Source: Candidatus Hadarchaeota archaeon (lineage in GTDB: Archaea; CAYQAE01; CAYVLA01). Taken from it: a stretch of DNA of 64,000 nucleotides. Made by a program: the position numbers and the translations under genes. Location: positions 1 to 64,000 of the forward strand of contig CAZUNO010000013.1 in the NCBI GenBank assembly GCA_964621445.1, written 5' to 3'. Shown here piece by piece: positions 47,593-57,334 of the stretch. Position 1 is the first letter of the stretch, and each line of letters opens with the position of its first letter. The notes under the pieces are model-generated. The model worked only from the letters and a program-made list of their open reading frames with translations, did not search any database and was not told where the DNA came from.

Positions 47593-48444
47593 CTATAACC
47601 CCCTTCCCGTCACCTCAATGAAGATCTCTTCAAGGGTGGCCTCACTGGTATGGATGGTATCGAAATCTCCTTCCTGGAGTATTGACTTCACCCTCTCCGG
47701 GGTCTCCGGGTCATCGAGGTCCAACTCCTCTGCATCATCCTCCATTCCCCCCTTGGGCCTAACCTTGATTGATCTCCTACCGTATTTTAGTTTCAGATTC
47801 TCGGGAGTGTCCAAGGCATCTATCTTTCCTTCATTTATGAAAGCGACATGGTCCGAGAGCTTGTCCGCCTCCATCATATCATGTGTGGTGAGAAGTATCG
47901 ATGCCCCTCTATCCCTCTCCTCTTCAATAACCCTTCTTATGTTCCTAGCTGACACAGGGTCCAATCCATCGGTGGGTTCATCCAGAAACAGAACATCGGG
48001 CTCGTTCACCAAGGCTCTGGCTATCATCAGCCTCTGCTTCATTCCCTTTGAGAAATTCTCCACCCGTTCGTCGCCCCTGCCTTCCAGGTCCACTCGCTCT
48101 AGGATGCGATCCGTGTCCGCTTCAACCCCGAACAATTTTCCGAAAAACACGAGATTGGCCTTAGCGGTCATTCGGGGATATAGGTTCTTTTCCTCAAAAC
48201 ACACGCCTATCTTTGCCGCTGCTTTCTGAGCTTCATGCACCATGTCGAGTCCAAGCACGCTGGCCTTCCCTTCCTCCGGTTTTAGTTGTCCCGTAAGCAA
48301 CTTGACGGTCGTCGTTTTCCCTGCCCCATTTGGGCCTAGGAAACCTAAGATTTCACCATCTTGAACCTCAAAACTAACGTGATCAACGGCCACTAGATCA
48401 TCGTAAGAGAAGGTTAGATTATCGGCTATTATTGGAGCCTGCAA
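47593..48444 (-). CDS. ABC transporter ATP-binding protein
   Basis: GPNGAGKTT, FSKGMKQR, LFLDEPT, TTH, TLEEIF. Confidence 0.93.
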   Translation of the reverse strand: MQAPIIADNLTFSYDDLVAVDHVSFEVQDGEILGFLGPNGAGKTTTVKLLTGQLKPEEGKASVLGLDMVHEAQKAAAKIGVCFEEKNLYPRMTAKANLVFFGKLFGVEADTDRILERVDLEGRGDERVENFSKGMKQRLMIARALVNEPDVLFLDEPTDGLDPVSARNIRRVIEEERDRGASILLTTHDMMEADKLSDHVAFINEGKIDALDTPENLKLKYGRRSIKVRPKGGMEDDAEELDLDDPETPERVKSILQEGDFDTIHTSEATLEEIFIEVTGRGL

Positions 48445-48546
48445 CTCAACACATCCTTCCTCATTTTGATTCCTTTGCCAATTGCTGAGTAATCATTTAA
48501 AGGACAACCTATATCTTTTCCGCCGTTATTGTACGGGGAATTAAGG

Positions 48547-49266
48547 ATGGAAGAGGAATACGGGCTCCGGAAGGTGGTTATTGAACTAAAACCCGAGGTG
48601 ATATCCAAGTTTGGAATGGATTCCATTTTCGAAAAGGCCAAGTATATAGAACCAAAACAATTCGTGAAGCTAGATTATGAGAGAGGACTGAAGGTTGTAG
48701 TTGCCGACATCATGATGAAGCCCGGACACGACCTTAAGAAACTTGAATTCCCTAAAGGAGCCACCATTCTTTACGTTCTCGGAGAAAAGGGAAGCAAATA
48801 CACCTGCCTCCTCAAATCGGATGTCCAAGTATCTCTCAAGGGCCTGTTAGGCGTGGGCTGGCAAGCAATTAAAAAGGTGCCGCCATTTTCGGAGGCACTT
48901 GAACACCTGAAACAGCGGGTGGAATTCGTACCAGTGCCGCCATTTCTTATATCCGAGGAAAAGACCGTATTTAGTTTCATAGGAGATAAGAAAAGTACGG
49001 AGGCCATTCTTAACATATTCAGGTTTTTCAATGTGGTCAAAGCCGTCCGTTTTCTAGAGCCCTCATACGGGGAATTTGATTTGTTAGCATGCCTGACCGG
49101 GAGGGAAAGGGAGGTAATGATGACCGCCAGAAGACTGGGTTATTATCAGTATCCACGGGCTGCATCAACTAAGGAAATCGCTCAGGAACTGGGTATAACT
49201 AAAACAACGTTAATTGAGCATCTAAGAAAGGCGGAAAACAAACTCGTTACCAGCGTAATCGCTTGA
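48547..49266 (+). CDS. HTH_10 (bacterio-opsin activator-type) transcriptional regulator
   Basis: C-terminal LTGREREV...A...GYYQYPR....EIA.ELGI...T..EHLRKAE; divergent from the ABC operon. Confidence 0.87.
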   Translation: MEEEYGLRKVVIELKPEVISKFGMDSIFEKAKYIEPKQFVKLDYERGLKVVVADIMMKPGHDLKKLEFPKGATILYVLGEKGSKYTCLLKSDVQVSLKGLLGVGWQAIKKVPPFSEALEHLKQRVEFVPVPPFLISEEKTVFSFIGDKKSTEAILNIFRFFNVVKAVRFLEPSYGEFDLLACLTGREREVMMTARRLGYYQYPRAASTKEIAQELGITKTTLIEHLRKAENKLVTSVIA

Positions 49267-49329
49267 ATATTCCTACCCAGGTCAACACATTAATAGCACC
49301 CCTGGCTTATGATTATTCGGAGGTCCGAA

Positions 49330-49584
49330 ATGAGCGAGGAGAAGAAGATCGGAAGGGTGGCTCACTACTTCTCCAATATCGGAGTCGCCGTTATTGAACT
49401 GACAGATACAATCAGGGAAGGAGAGAATATACACATAAAGGGTGCTCACACGGATTTCGAGCAGCAAGCAAAAAGCATGCAGATCGAGCACGAAGATATT
49501 GAGGAGGCTGGAGCTGGCCAATCCATCGGCCTGAAGGTCAAGAGTCGAGTTCGGGAGAATGATGAGGTCTTCAAGGTTCTCTAG
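49330..49584 (+). CDS. Translation-factor-like beta-barrel protein (U32 peptidase C-terminal-like)
   Basis: IGRVAHYFSNIGVA...HTDFEQ...SMQIEH...GQSIGLKV...VRENDEVFK; GGAGGT RBS. Confidence 0.8.
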   Translation: MSEEKKIGRVAHYFSNIGVAVIELTDTIREGENIHIKGAHTDFEQQAKSMQIEHEDIEEAGAGQSIGLKVKSRVRENDEVFKVL

Positions 49585-49678
49585 CCTGAAAATACTACTC
49601 ATCTCCCAGTCATGAATCGGGGTCAAGGAATCCGTTCTGCTGGGAGCAATTTTTCTAGTCGTCGTTAAAGTCCGATAT

Positions 49679-50671
49679 ATGAGCCAAGGGAAGATAGGAA
49701 TTGGCCTGATAGGAGCTGGAACGGTTGCTGACTATGGTCATCTGCCTGCGATAACATCAAGGGATGATTGTAAGCTAACCATGGTCGCTGACATTTCGGA
49801 AAGCCGATTAAGTAGGGCCGAGGAAAAGTTCGGAGCAACTGGAACTCAAGATTATTCCGAATTACTAGATCGAGAGGATATCGACGCAGTCTCGGTTTGC
49901 ACACCAGTAGAAACCCACAAGCAGATATCCCTAGATGCCCTCGAGGCCGGAAAGTACGTTTTTTGCGAGAAGCCTCTAGCTTCGACGGTTGAGGATTGCC
50001 AGGCAATAGTTGAAGCGGTGGATAGAACTGACGGTTTTCTGGCCGTTGATTTTCATCTTAGGCTATCCGAGGACGTGCTGGCGATGAAGGAGCATATAGA
50101 AAAGGGCGATATTGGAAGGCTCGAGATTCTTCGCTTCATTACCAATTGGGGATGCCACGGCGTCGGGGGCGAGAAGGGGGAAAGGAGGGCCCGGTTCATG
50201 CGCAGTGGCGGTCCCATGCTTGACAACGGGGTACATTTCTTCGACCTGGCCCGCTACTTGACAGGTATGGAAATAACGGATTTGGAGGCCGAGGGACAGT
50301 GGGTTGAACCACAATTTGACTACCCGGGGCATGTAATATGCACCTCTAGGCTGGATTCCCGCGTACTATGCCTCATTGAGATGAGTTATGTATACGGACA
50401 TACAACTAAGGAGCTTCCATCATCATCCAGAATAGAGATAATTGGATCAGACGGCTTGATAGCCGACAATAAGGTCTATGGCCCGGAGGGAAGCGTTCAA
50501 CTGCCTCTTGGTGGTAAGAAGAGATTCGATCGTATCTATGATGCCTTTCTCAAGGTGGTCCGCACCGGAAGCTCCGAGGGCAATCCCATAGCCACCGCCA
50601 CCGATGGCGCAAGGGCCACCGAGGCCTCGCTGAAAGCGGTAGAGAAAGCAATGGCCTCCAAGCCCTCATGA
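49679..50671 (+). CDS. Gfo/Idh/MocA-family oxidoreductase
   Basis: GAGTVA...H, TPVETH, CEKP, SGG..LDNGVH.FD. Confidence 0.9.
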   Translation: MSQGKIGIGLIGAGTVADYGHLPAITSRDDCKLTMVADISESRLSRAEEKFGATGTQDYSELLDREDIDAVSVCTPVETHKQISLDALEAGKYVFCEKPLASTVEDCQAIVEAVDRTDGFLAVDFHLRLSEDVLAMKEHIEKGDIGRLEILRFITNWGCHGVGGEKGERRARFMRSGGPMLDNGVHFFDLARYLTGMEITDLEAEGQWVEPQFDYPGHVICTSRLDSRVLCLIEMSYVYGHTTKELPSSSRIEIIGSDGLIADNKVYGPEGSVQLPLGGKKRFDRIYDAFLKVVRTGSSEGNPIATATDGARATEASLKAVEKAMASKPS

Positions 50672-50682
50672 ACCCTAGGGTC

Positions 50683-51384
50683 TCATCTCTCGGTTATGGA
50701 CACGTTCATGGTTACGTCCTCAGTTGGGGGTCCATCGTACCTCTCCGCGCTTGCGGGCACCAGGGAACTTATCTCATCCACGACATCGAAACCATCTATG
50801 ACCTTGCCGAAGACTACAAAAGGTGGATCATAGTTATCGAGATTCTCGTTGTCCTTTAGGTTAATGAAGAATTGGCAGGATGCGGAATTTGGGTCGTTTC
50901 CCTTCCTGGCCATAGCAATGGTGTATTTCTTGTTCTTTAGCGTCGTGTTTTCCCAGGGAATGGTCTCGGTTCCCCCCGTCCCATCACCCTCCGGGTCTCC
51001 TCCCTGTATGACGAAATCCTCCGCCACCCGGTGGAAGGTCAAACCGTCATAAAAGCCGCTCTCGGCCAGGTCGATGAAATTCCCGGCGGTCACCGGAGCA
51101 TTATCGGTATCCAGCTCCACCTCAAAGGAACCTAGATTTGTTTCAAATATCGCGATCTTACTATTCTTCACCTTTGGTTCACCTCTTGAAAGAAAAAATG
51201 CCACTATCGCCACCAAAGCAACGATGACAACGATATATGGCAGATAACCCTTTATATCCTCAAGTTGGTTCTCTTCTTCTCCACTTGAACCCATCCTATC
51301 TGGGTGATATTTACTCATATGTCGCCTGAACTTGCTCTTGCTGACGGCGTCTCCACATTCTGGGCAGATTTTCTTCTTTGGCAC
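50683..51384 (-). CDS. Cyclophilin-type PPIase with N-terminal C2H2 zinc finger and TM anchor
   Basis: CPEC-x11-H-x4-H, TM, APVTAGNF, FYDGLTFHRV, IQGGDP, AMAR, QFFIN, VFGKV. Confidence 0.88.
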   Translation of the reverse strand: MPKKKICPECGDAVSKSKFRRHMSKYHPDRMGSSGEEENQLEDIKGYLPYIVVIVALVAIVAFFLSRGEPKVKNSKIAIFETNLGSFEVELDTDNAPVTAGNFIDLAESGFYDGLTFHRVAEDFVIQGGDPEGDGTGGTETIPWENTTLKNKKYTIAMARKGNDPNSASCQFFINLKDNENLDNYDPPFVVFGKVIDGFDVVDEISSLVPASAERYDGPPTEDVTMNVSITER

Positions 51385-51525
51385 TTCACTATTCTATCGG
51401 GGCCCCGCTTAATAATTTGGCCACCTCGCGATGAGGGAATTACATGTTAGATTCAGATAAGGAGAAAATCTTCGAGAGCCGAACCTTTTTCAGATCTAGC
51501 CGCATTGACAACATCGGTAAGAAAA

Positions 51526-52758
51526 ATGCACCCCAGCACCACCGCAAGTCAGCTATATTCCGAATTCAAGGATATGAAGGTAATAGATGCTCACGAACAT
51601 CTGGCTCCTGAAAGAGTTAGGACCTCTCAAGAAATGGACGTATGCGATCTCTTTGTTCACTATACCAGGACGGACTTTCTTTGCTCGGGCATGTCGGAGG
51701 ATGAATGGGAGGCCATGCACGACAAGGATAGACCCTTAAATAAACGCTGGAAAATCCTCCATAAATACCTAGAGCACATTAGATATGGGTCCTATGCACG
51801 ACCTGCCTTCATATATGCCAAACACCTTGGATTTGATGATATTACCGAGGATAACTATCAAGAGATATCACGAAGGCTCCAGGAGGAGAACCAGCCAGGG
51901 ATATATCGTAAGGTTTTAGGGGATCTTTGCAACATCAAGGCCGCCCTGACCCAAGCCAACCGTACCGACTATGATCTTGACTTCATGATTCCCTTAATGC
52001 CCCTTGATAACTATGCGAGGGTGACAGGATGGAGCGATATCGAGGAAAGATCGCAGGAACTTGGTGGGGGCTCTGAGACCCTCGACGATTACCTGGAAAC
52101 CACCCGTAGAGGCCTAAAAAGGTGGATTCGCAATGGTGCCGTGGGGATAAAGATGGTCTCCATGGATTACGGGAGGCCCGAAAGGACCAATGCTGTTGCT
52201 ATTTTCGATGATTTGAAACGCAAACCTGAAAAAAAGCTTTCCGAGATGAACCCTCTTAGAGACTTCTTAATGGATGAAATGCTGGAAATCGCATGCGAGC
52301 TGGATCTCGTGGTTGCCGTCCACACCGGTGTGTGGGGGGACTTCCGTACCCTGGACCCCAAATTCATGATTAACATCGTAGCCAGGCACCGACAGACCAC
52401 CTTCGACATCTATCACATGGGAATGCCCTGGGTAAGGGAAGCTGGGCTTATAGGAAAGAACAACCCAAACGTGTATCTAAACCTTTGCTGGTCACATATC
52501 GTATCCCCGGAGATGACTTGTTCGGCCCTGGACGAATACCTGGATATGGTTCCTGTAAATAAGATTATCGGGTTTGGGGGAGATTACGGGAAGCCGGTCG
52601 AAAAGGTATATGGACATCTAAGGATGGCAAAGGAAAATATTGCCAGGGTTCTTGGTAGAAGGATTGATGCAGGGCTTCTCTCGCAGGATGATGCCTTGAG
52701 CATTGCCGAGAAATGGTTTTACGGGAACCCTAAGAAGGTTTATGATCTTAGCGTTTAG
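51526..52758 (+). CDS. Amidohydrolase-family protein (uronate isomerase-like)
   Basis: IDAHEH, VHTG, IYH, NVYLNLCW, KIIGFGGDY. Confidence 0.82.
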   Translation: MHPSTTASQLYSEFKDMKVIDAHEHLAPERVRTSQEMDVCDLFVHYTRTDFLCSGMSEDEWEAMHDKDRPLNKRWKILHKYLEHIRYGSYARPAFIYAKHLGFDDITEDNYQEISRRLQEENQPGIYRKVLGDLCNIKAALTQANRTDYDLDFMIPLMPLDNYARVTGWSDIEERSQELGGGSETLDDYLETTRRGLKRWIRNGAVGIKMVSMDYGRPERTNAVAIFDDLKRKPEKKLSEMNPLRDFLMDEMLEIACELDLVVAVHTGVWGDFRTLDPKFMINIVARHRQTTFDIYHMGMPWVREAGLIGKNNPNVYLNLCWSHIVSPEMTCSALDEYLDMVPVNKIIGFGGDYGKPVEKVYGHLRMAKENIARVLGRRIDAGLLSQDDALSIAEKWFYGNPKKVYDLSV

Positions 52759-52775
52759 TCCTAACTCAGGAGGAA

Positions 52776-53606
52776 TCAAGAGGTTCTCTCTTTTATTACT
52801 TCAAGCATCTTGCGATGATCCTCCATGGTCGGGCTTTCCGAAATTACGGTCGCATCCTTGATTTGCATTTCATCCAATGCATCCAGAAGGTGGTTCAGGT
52901 CCATATCTCCCTCGCCATATGGTAGATGCTTTCTCTCTTTCCCATCTTCGTATTTAACCTCGGAGAACTGGTGCCTGGTTTTATCCAGGGCCTCACTACC
53001 CAGATTATCCTCTATATCCGAAAGTATCTCGATATATGATTCCTCATTTTCGAGGCATCCGTTACACGTAGCCTGCACGTGACCCCAATCGATCAAGGGA
53101 TAAATTATGTCGGAAAGACTACAGATGTCAATTATATCCTCCAAATACCCGCCGAAATCCCGTTTATTCCCCATGTTTTCCACGCCCACGATAACGTCGG
53201 TTATCCCATTACTTTCAAGTCTCTCTTCCAGTTCCTTGCACCTCTTCTCCACCGTGGACATCACCTCCGATCGTGTCCTTTCCATGTAGAAGCCGGGATG
53301 AACCGTTATCCCATCCCCGCCCATGAGATGGACAAGATTTGCCGTGTGATGCATCATGGCCACTGCCATCTTCCGTTTCTTGCTGTCCCCCTGGCTAAGA
53401 ACCCCGTAAAACGGCGCATGGGCTCTTATGGTCATCCCCATTTCCGAGATCTCGTCCTTTGCCCGTGAGGCGTCTTCCTTTTCGACCCAAAATTCCTTGA
53501 CGAAATCAAGCTCGCAGGCATCGAAACCTTGATCCTTCAAGTCGGAGAGGCTTTCAGTTAATCCTTGATCTCCAGGAAGTCCTGAGGGGCCAAATCGGAT
53601 CCTCAT
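52776..53606 (-). CDS. nfo: Endonuclease IV (AP endonuclease family 2)
   Basis: FGPSG.P, HAP, HPGFY, ENMG, IDWGH, HFSE-like QFSE, E.KH, ISESP. Confidence 0.75.
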   Translation of the reverse strand: MRIRFGPSGLPGDQGLTESLSDLKDQGFDACELDFVKEFWVEKEDASRAKDEISEMGMTIRAHAPFYGVLSQGDSKKRKMAVAMMHHTANLVHLMGGDGITVHPGFYMERTRSEVMSTVEKRCKELEERLESNGITDVIVGVENMGNKRDFGGYLEDIIDICSLSDIIYPLIDWGHVQATCNGCLENEESYIEILSDIEDNLGSEALDKTRHQFSEVKYEDGKERKHLPYGEGDMDLNHLLDALDEMQIKDATVISESPTMEDHRKMLEVIKERTS

Positions 53607-53660
53607 CCATACCTAGGTTTAGAAGAATATCTTAATAATCCCTGCGTTTACCAGGATTCG

Positions 53661-54233
53661 TTGACTAACGAGCTCGATTCGCTGGCGGATGAAATAAGGA
53701 ATTGCCGTCGCTGTCCCTTATGGAAATCTCGAGATGAAGCCGTGCCGGGAGAGGGGCCGAGCTCCGCTTCATGTATGCTGATAGGAGAGAGCCCGGGAAA
53801 GGAAGAGAACAATACGGGAAGACCCTTCGTTGGAAGATCCGGAGATTTCCTCAATAAATCATTGGAGAAGTCGGGCTTGAGGCGCAAAGATTTCTTCATC
53901 ACCGGGTCCGTTAAATGCCATCCTCCACAAAACCGAGATCCCAAGGCAGAGGAACTGGAATCCTGCAGACCCTACCTGGATAGACAGATCAAAATCATAG
54001 CTCCCCATATTCTAGTCCTTCTTGGACGAATCGCCACCAAAGGCTTTCTGGGTAGAAACAAGGTTACCGATATTCGAGGGCGGGTTGTGAAAGAGAACGA
54101 TCGCCTGCTTCTGGCAACATTCCACCCCGCGGCTGCCATGAGATTCCCCTCAAGAAGAAAGCCCTTCCTGGAGGATATGGAAACCTTATCTTCCCTGCTC
54201 GAGGAACGGGATCTGAAAGGCGCATCTCTCTAG
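53661..54233 (+). CDS. udg: Uracil-DNA glycosylase, family 4
   Basis: CRRCPL, VPGEG, IGESPG..E, PFVGRSG, VKCHPP.NRDP...E...C, TFHPAA. Confidence 0.92.
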   Translation: MTNELDSLADEIRNCRRCPLWKSRDEAVPGEGPSSASCMLIGESPGKEENNTGRPFVGRSGDFLNKSLEKSGLRRKDFFITGSVKCHPPQNRDPKAEELESCRPYLDRQIKIIAPHILVLLGRIATKGFLGRNKVTDIRGRVVKENDRLLLATFHPAAAMRFPSRRKPFLEDMETLSSLLEERDLKGASL

Positions 54234-55090
54234 AAGCTTGGTACCACCTTGCGGGCAAACTGGCGCATGGATGCCACCATCTCATCTACATTTTCGAATT
54301 CGAATCTGGGAATCATATGGGTCACTCCCCTGGAGAGGTATTTCTCCACGATATCAATTGCTGACCCGTCTTTCATTTCGTCCATGGAGAATGTATAGTT
54401 ACATGATATGGAAATCACATCAGCATCTCGGCCGGAATCCTCAGCAAATTCTCGTATCTTCCCAATCTTTTTGGATAAATCCCCTGGGTCCAACTGCCCC
54501 ATGGGAAGCCAGCCATCCCCCAGGGAAGCCACCCTGTTAAGGGCGGCATCACTATTACCACCGACCCAGATGGGGATGCTTCCTTTAACTGGCCGGGGCT
54601 GAAAGTTATGAGCGGGGACCTTGATGAACCGGCCTTCATGGGCCTTTCCCTGCCAGAGGTCTCTGAGGCTCTCTATGTAATCATCCGATATCTTACCCCT
54701 GTCATCATAATTCACATTTGAAACTTGCATCTCCTCTTTCATCCATCCAATTCCTATCCCCAGATCCAGTCTCCCCTGGGAAATCACGTCCAAGCTTGCC
54801 GTTGCCCTGGCAAGGAGCACGGGATTCCTCACAGGTAGGATCAGGACCTGTGTGCCAATTCGTATGGAGCTGGTTCTGCTGGCTATATGTGAAAGCGTAA
54901 TTAGAGGCTCGAAGGCCGTTGGACTCCTCTTGCTCCAGGATTGGTTGGGCGGCTCCGGGACGAGGAGGCGCTCGGCAACCCAAAGGGAGTGGTATCCCAA
55001 GGATTCCGCTTCCGATGATATGCGATTGATGGTTTCCGAGGAGGCCAGCCTTCCGAAATTGGGGAGGGCTATTCCAAATTTCATGGACAT
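54230..55090 (-). CDS. LLM-class (probably F420-dependent) oxidoreductase
   Basis: AESLGYHSLWVAE, LP.RNP..LA, LDVISQGR..LGIGIGW...E, PIWVGG.S, GDGW.P. Confidence 0.87.
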   Translation of the reverse strand: MSMKFGIALPNFGRLASSETINRISSEAESLGYHSLWVAERLLVPEPPNQSWSKRSPTAFEPLITLSHIASRTSSIRIGTQVLILPVRNPVLLARATASLDVISQGRLDLGIGIGWMKEEMQVSNVNYDDRGKISDDYIESLRDLWQGKAHEGRFIKVPAHNFQPRPVKGSIPIWVGGNSDAALNRVASLGDGWLPMGQLDPGDLSKKIGKIREFAEDSGRDADVISISCNYTFSMDEMKDGSAIDIVEKYLSRGVTHMIPRFEFENVDEMVASMRQFARKVVPSF

Positions 55091-55093
55091 GGC

Positions 55094-56629
55094 TTAGCAC
55101 CTATCCTTATCCTGTTTTTGGGTATAGAAATTTTCCAGGGCCAGAGGAAGTTCTCGATATCTCTCGTATAGCTTATCATAGATCCCGGAGTTCTCCGAGG
55201 GATGAAAAACCTGATGCTTGATATCTACGGCCTCAAGGCCCTCCTCGATGGTCGAATAGATCCCGAGACCGGTAAAACCGGTTAAGGCCGCTCCAAGGAC
55301 CGTCCCTTCGCTGTAACTACCCACAACTAAGGGAACTCCGGTAACGTCAGCCCTGATCTGATTCCAGAGCCGATTTTTTGAACCCCCGCCTACAACCCTT
55401 ATCCTCTTCGGTTTTACTCCCGTTGAATCAATAATGATGTCAAGAGCCTGTCTCAGCTGAAAACAGAGACCCTCCACTGACGCTCGGTACAGGGCCGATC
55501 TATCCGTATGGAGATCTAATCCCAGGACGGTACCCTTCGTATTGTGATGCTGGGTCGGTCCGCTGTCCTCGACAAAGCTGGGTATTACCGTGACTCCGCT
55601 CGACCCAGGAGGTTGTTCAGAACCTTCCTCTATCAGCTTTTGGTAACTCCCATCGGGCAGTTCGGGGTAGAAAGCCTTCTTAACCCACTCTAGGACCGCC
55701 GATCCCATCATCAATACCTGGGGGTCCCAAATTCCCTCCATTACATCGACCTCCCATATCATCCCTCCATTGAACCCGCTCTTTGTCGGCCTGAACTCAC
55801 CGGTTCTGAGAGCAAGTATCTCCCAGGTCCCGCTCGAGAGAGCCGCTTCCCGGGTGCTTGCACCGCTGGCCAGGATTGCAAACTGGGTGTCATGACCACC
55901 CACTAGAATTGGTAGACCTTCCGGGAGGCCCGTGTTTTCGGAGGCCTTCCTGCTAACCTCGCCAGCTATTTCCCCGGGCGTCCGTAACTCCGGCAGAAAC
56001 TCCGGCGTCAAATTCGCCAGAGAAAGGAGCTTAGATGACCATTCCCTCCGGGACATATCCATTATCATGGTGGTCGAGGCGGAGGTGGGGTCAATATGCA
56101 TATCAGCTCCCAATCTTGATTCTATTAGTCCCGGCATCATCATCCACCTATTGCCTCCCTCAAGAGCCTCGGGGGCGTTTTTTCTCAGCCAAATTAGCTT
56201 GAATAGGGTGTTCATGGCCATCGTTTGGTTCCCGGAAATCCGATACATCTCCCAACTATCCATTTGTTCCGTGACTTCCTCAACCACCTGGGCCATTCTA
56301 TCACACTGCCAGGATATCACCGGATAGGCCAAGGTTCCTCCCCTTCTTACGGGTGCGCCATCAACGCCCCAGGTGGCCACGATAACACCTGCTATCCGTG
56401 ATCTCGGTAAATCAGAGGTTACCTCTCTCATTGACCGAGACAGCTTATCCCAGATCTCGTCCAGGTTCCATATCCTCCATTCCGGATTCCCGGGCTGCTC
56501 GGTGGTACTATTGTGGTGTGAATGTTGAGAGATTATGTGGCCATATCTGTCGACCGCAATTGCTCTAAGATTGGTCGACCCACAGTCAAGAACGATGATA
56601 ATTTCCTCTTCTGCCACTGTAATTCCCAT
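55094..56629 (-). CDS. FGGY carbohydrate kinase (L-fuculokinase-like)
   Basis: LDCGSTNLRA, TWGVDGA, YPVISWQC.R, GHDTQFA, SSGTWE, VGGGSKN.LWNQIRAD. Confidence 0.87.
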   Translation of the reverse strand: MGITVAEEEIIIVLDCGSTNLRAIAVDRYGHIISQHSHHNSTTEQPGNPEWRIWNLDEIWDKLSRSMREVTSDLPRSRIAGVIVATWGVDGAPVRRGGTLAYPVISWQCDRMAQVVEEVTEQMDSWEMYRISGNQTMAMNTLFKLIWLRKNAPEALEGGNRWMMMPGLIESRLGADMHIDPTSASTTMIMDMSRREWSSKLLSLANLTPEFLPELRTPGEIAGEVSRKASENTGLPEGLPILVGGHDTQFAILASGASTREAALSSGTWEILALRTGEFRPTKSGFNGGMIWEVDVMEGIWDPQVLMMGSAVLEWVKKAFYPELPDGSYQKLIEEGSEQPPGSSGVTVIPSFVEDSGPTQHHNTKGTVLGLDLHTDRSALYRASVEGLCFQLRQALDIIIDSTGVKPKRIRVVGGGSKNRLWNQIRADVTGVPLVVGSYSEGTVLGAALTGFTGLGIYSTIEEGLEAVDIKHQVFHPSENSGIYDKLYERYRELPLALENFYTQKQDKDRC

Positions 56630-56789
56630 ATAAATCCCTCAGTCCATCTATAAAGTGATTTCGGCCTTTAGATAAAATCAAACTCTAAAAATACGTTAAT
56701 CAGTTGGAGAGAAGGGAGGTTTAAAGGGAGTAAATCCTTTTTTCAGCTGTAGTTGACCCGCCAATAAAAAGCTTGATTTGAATTAAGGT

Positions 56790-56811
56790 TATCGAAACTT
56801 CGATATTTATA
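56790..56811. promoter_or_regulatory. Perfect 7-2-7 palindrome next to a TATA-like element
   Basis: TATCGAA-AC-TTCGATA (56790-56805) followed by TTTATA in an AT-rich divergent intergenic region. Confidence 0.35.
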
Positions 56812-56917
56812 GGAAAAACGGCAATCAAATTCCTGAAATAGATTAAAAATGAAGTCCAAGCACGAAGCAAACACAGATGGCAGGGTGTTTATCAAAAAGG
56901 CCTTACAACAGGACAAT

Positions 56918-57277
56918 ATGAATAACGAACTTTTCCTCCTTATAACCATCCTGGCCCTACGGCTTGCCGATGGAGTGCTCAGCTATATCCCGGCCCAGGG
57001 ACTAATCGATGGGATAGGCGAGGCAAATCCCATAGCCGAAATATTAATAGAGAAATGGGGGTTTATGTTGGGCTTTGCAATAATGTTGGGTATATCCATG
57101 CTATTCATAATCGCCTTTCTTGCCGCTACATATCTCGAGGAGATTAGGAAGGCAAACCAGGCAGACCTGGAAGCGGTGAGAAGAATCAAAGAGATTCGTC
57201 TGACTGGTCTGGTAGTCATAACCCTGCTTTCATCTCTTCCCGTTTTCAATAACTTAGCACTAGCTCTTCATCTATAG
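56918..57277 (+). CDS. Small membrane protein (DUF5658-like)
   Basis: Three TMs, D...S...G..EANP motif. Confidence 0.6.
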   Translation: MNNELFLLITILALRLADGVLSYIPAQGLIDGIGEANPIAEILIEKWGFMLGFAIMLGISMLFIIAFLAATYLEEIRKANQADLEAVRRIKEIRLTGLVVITLLSSLPVFNNLALALHL

Positions 57278-57334
57278 GTAGGGAACCGATAAGATGGATT
57301 TCTGCAAAAAAAATCCCCAATATTGAGTCTGGTG

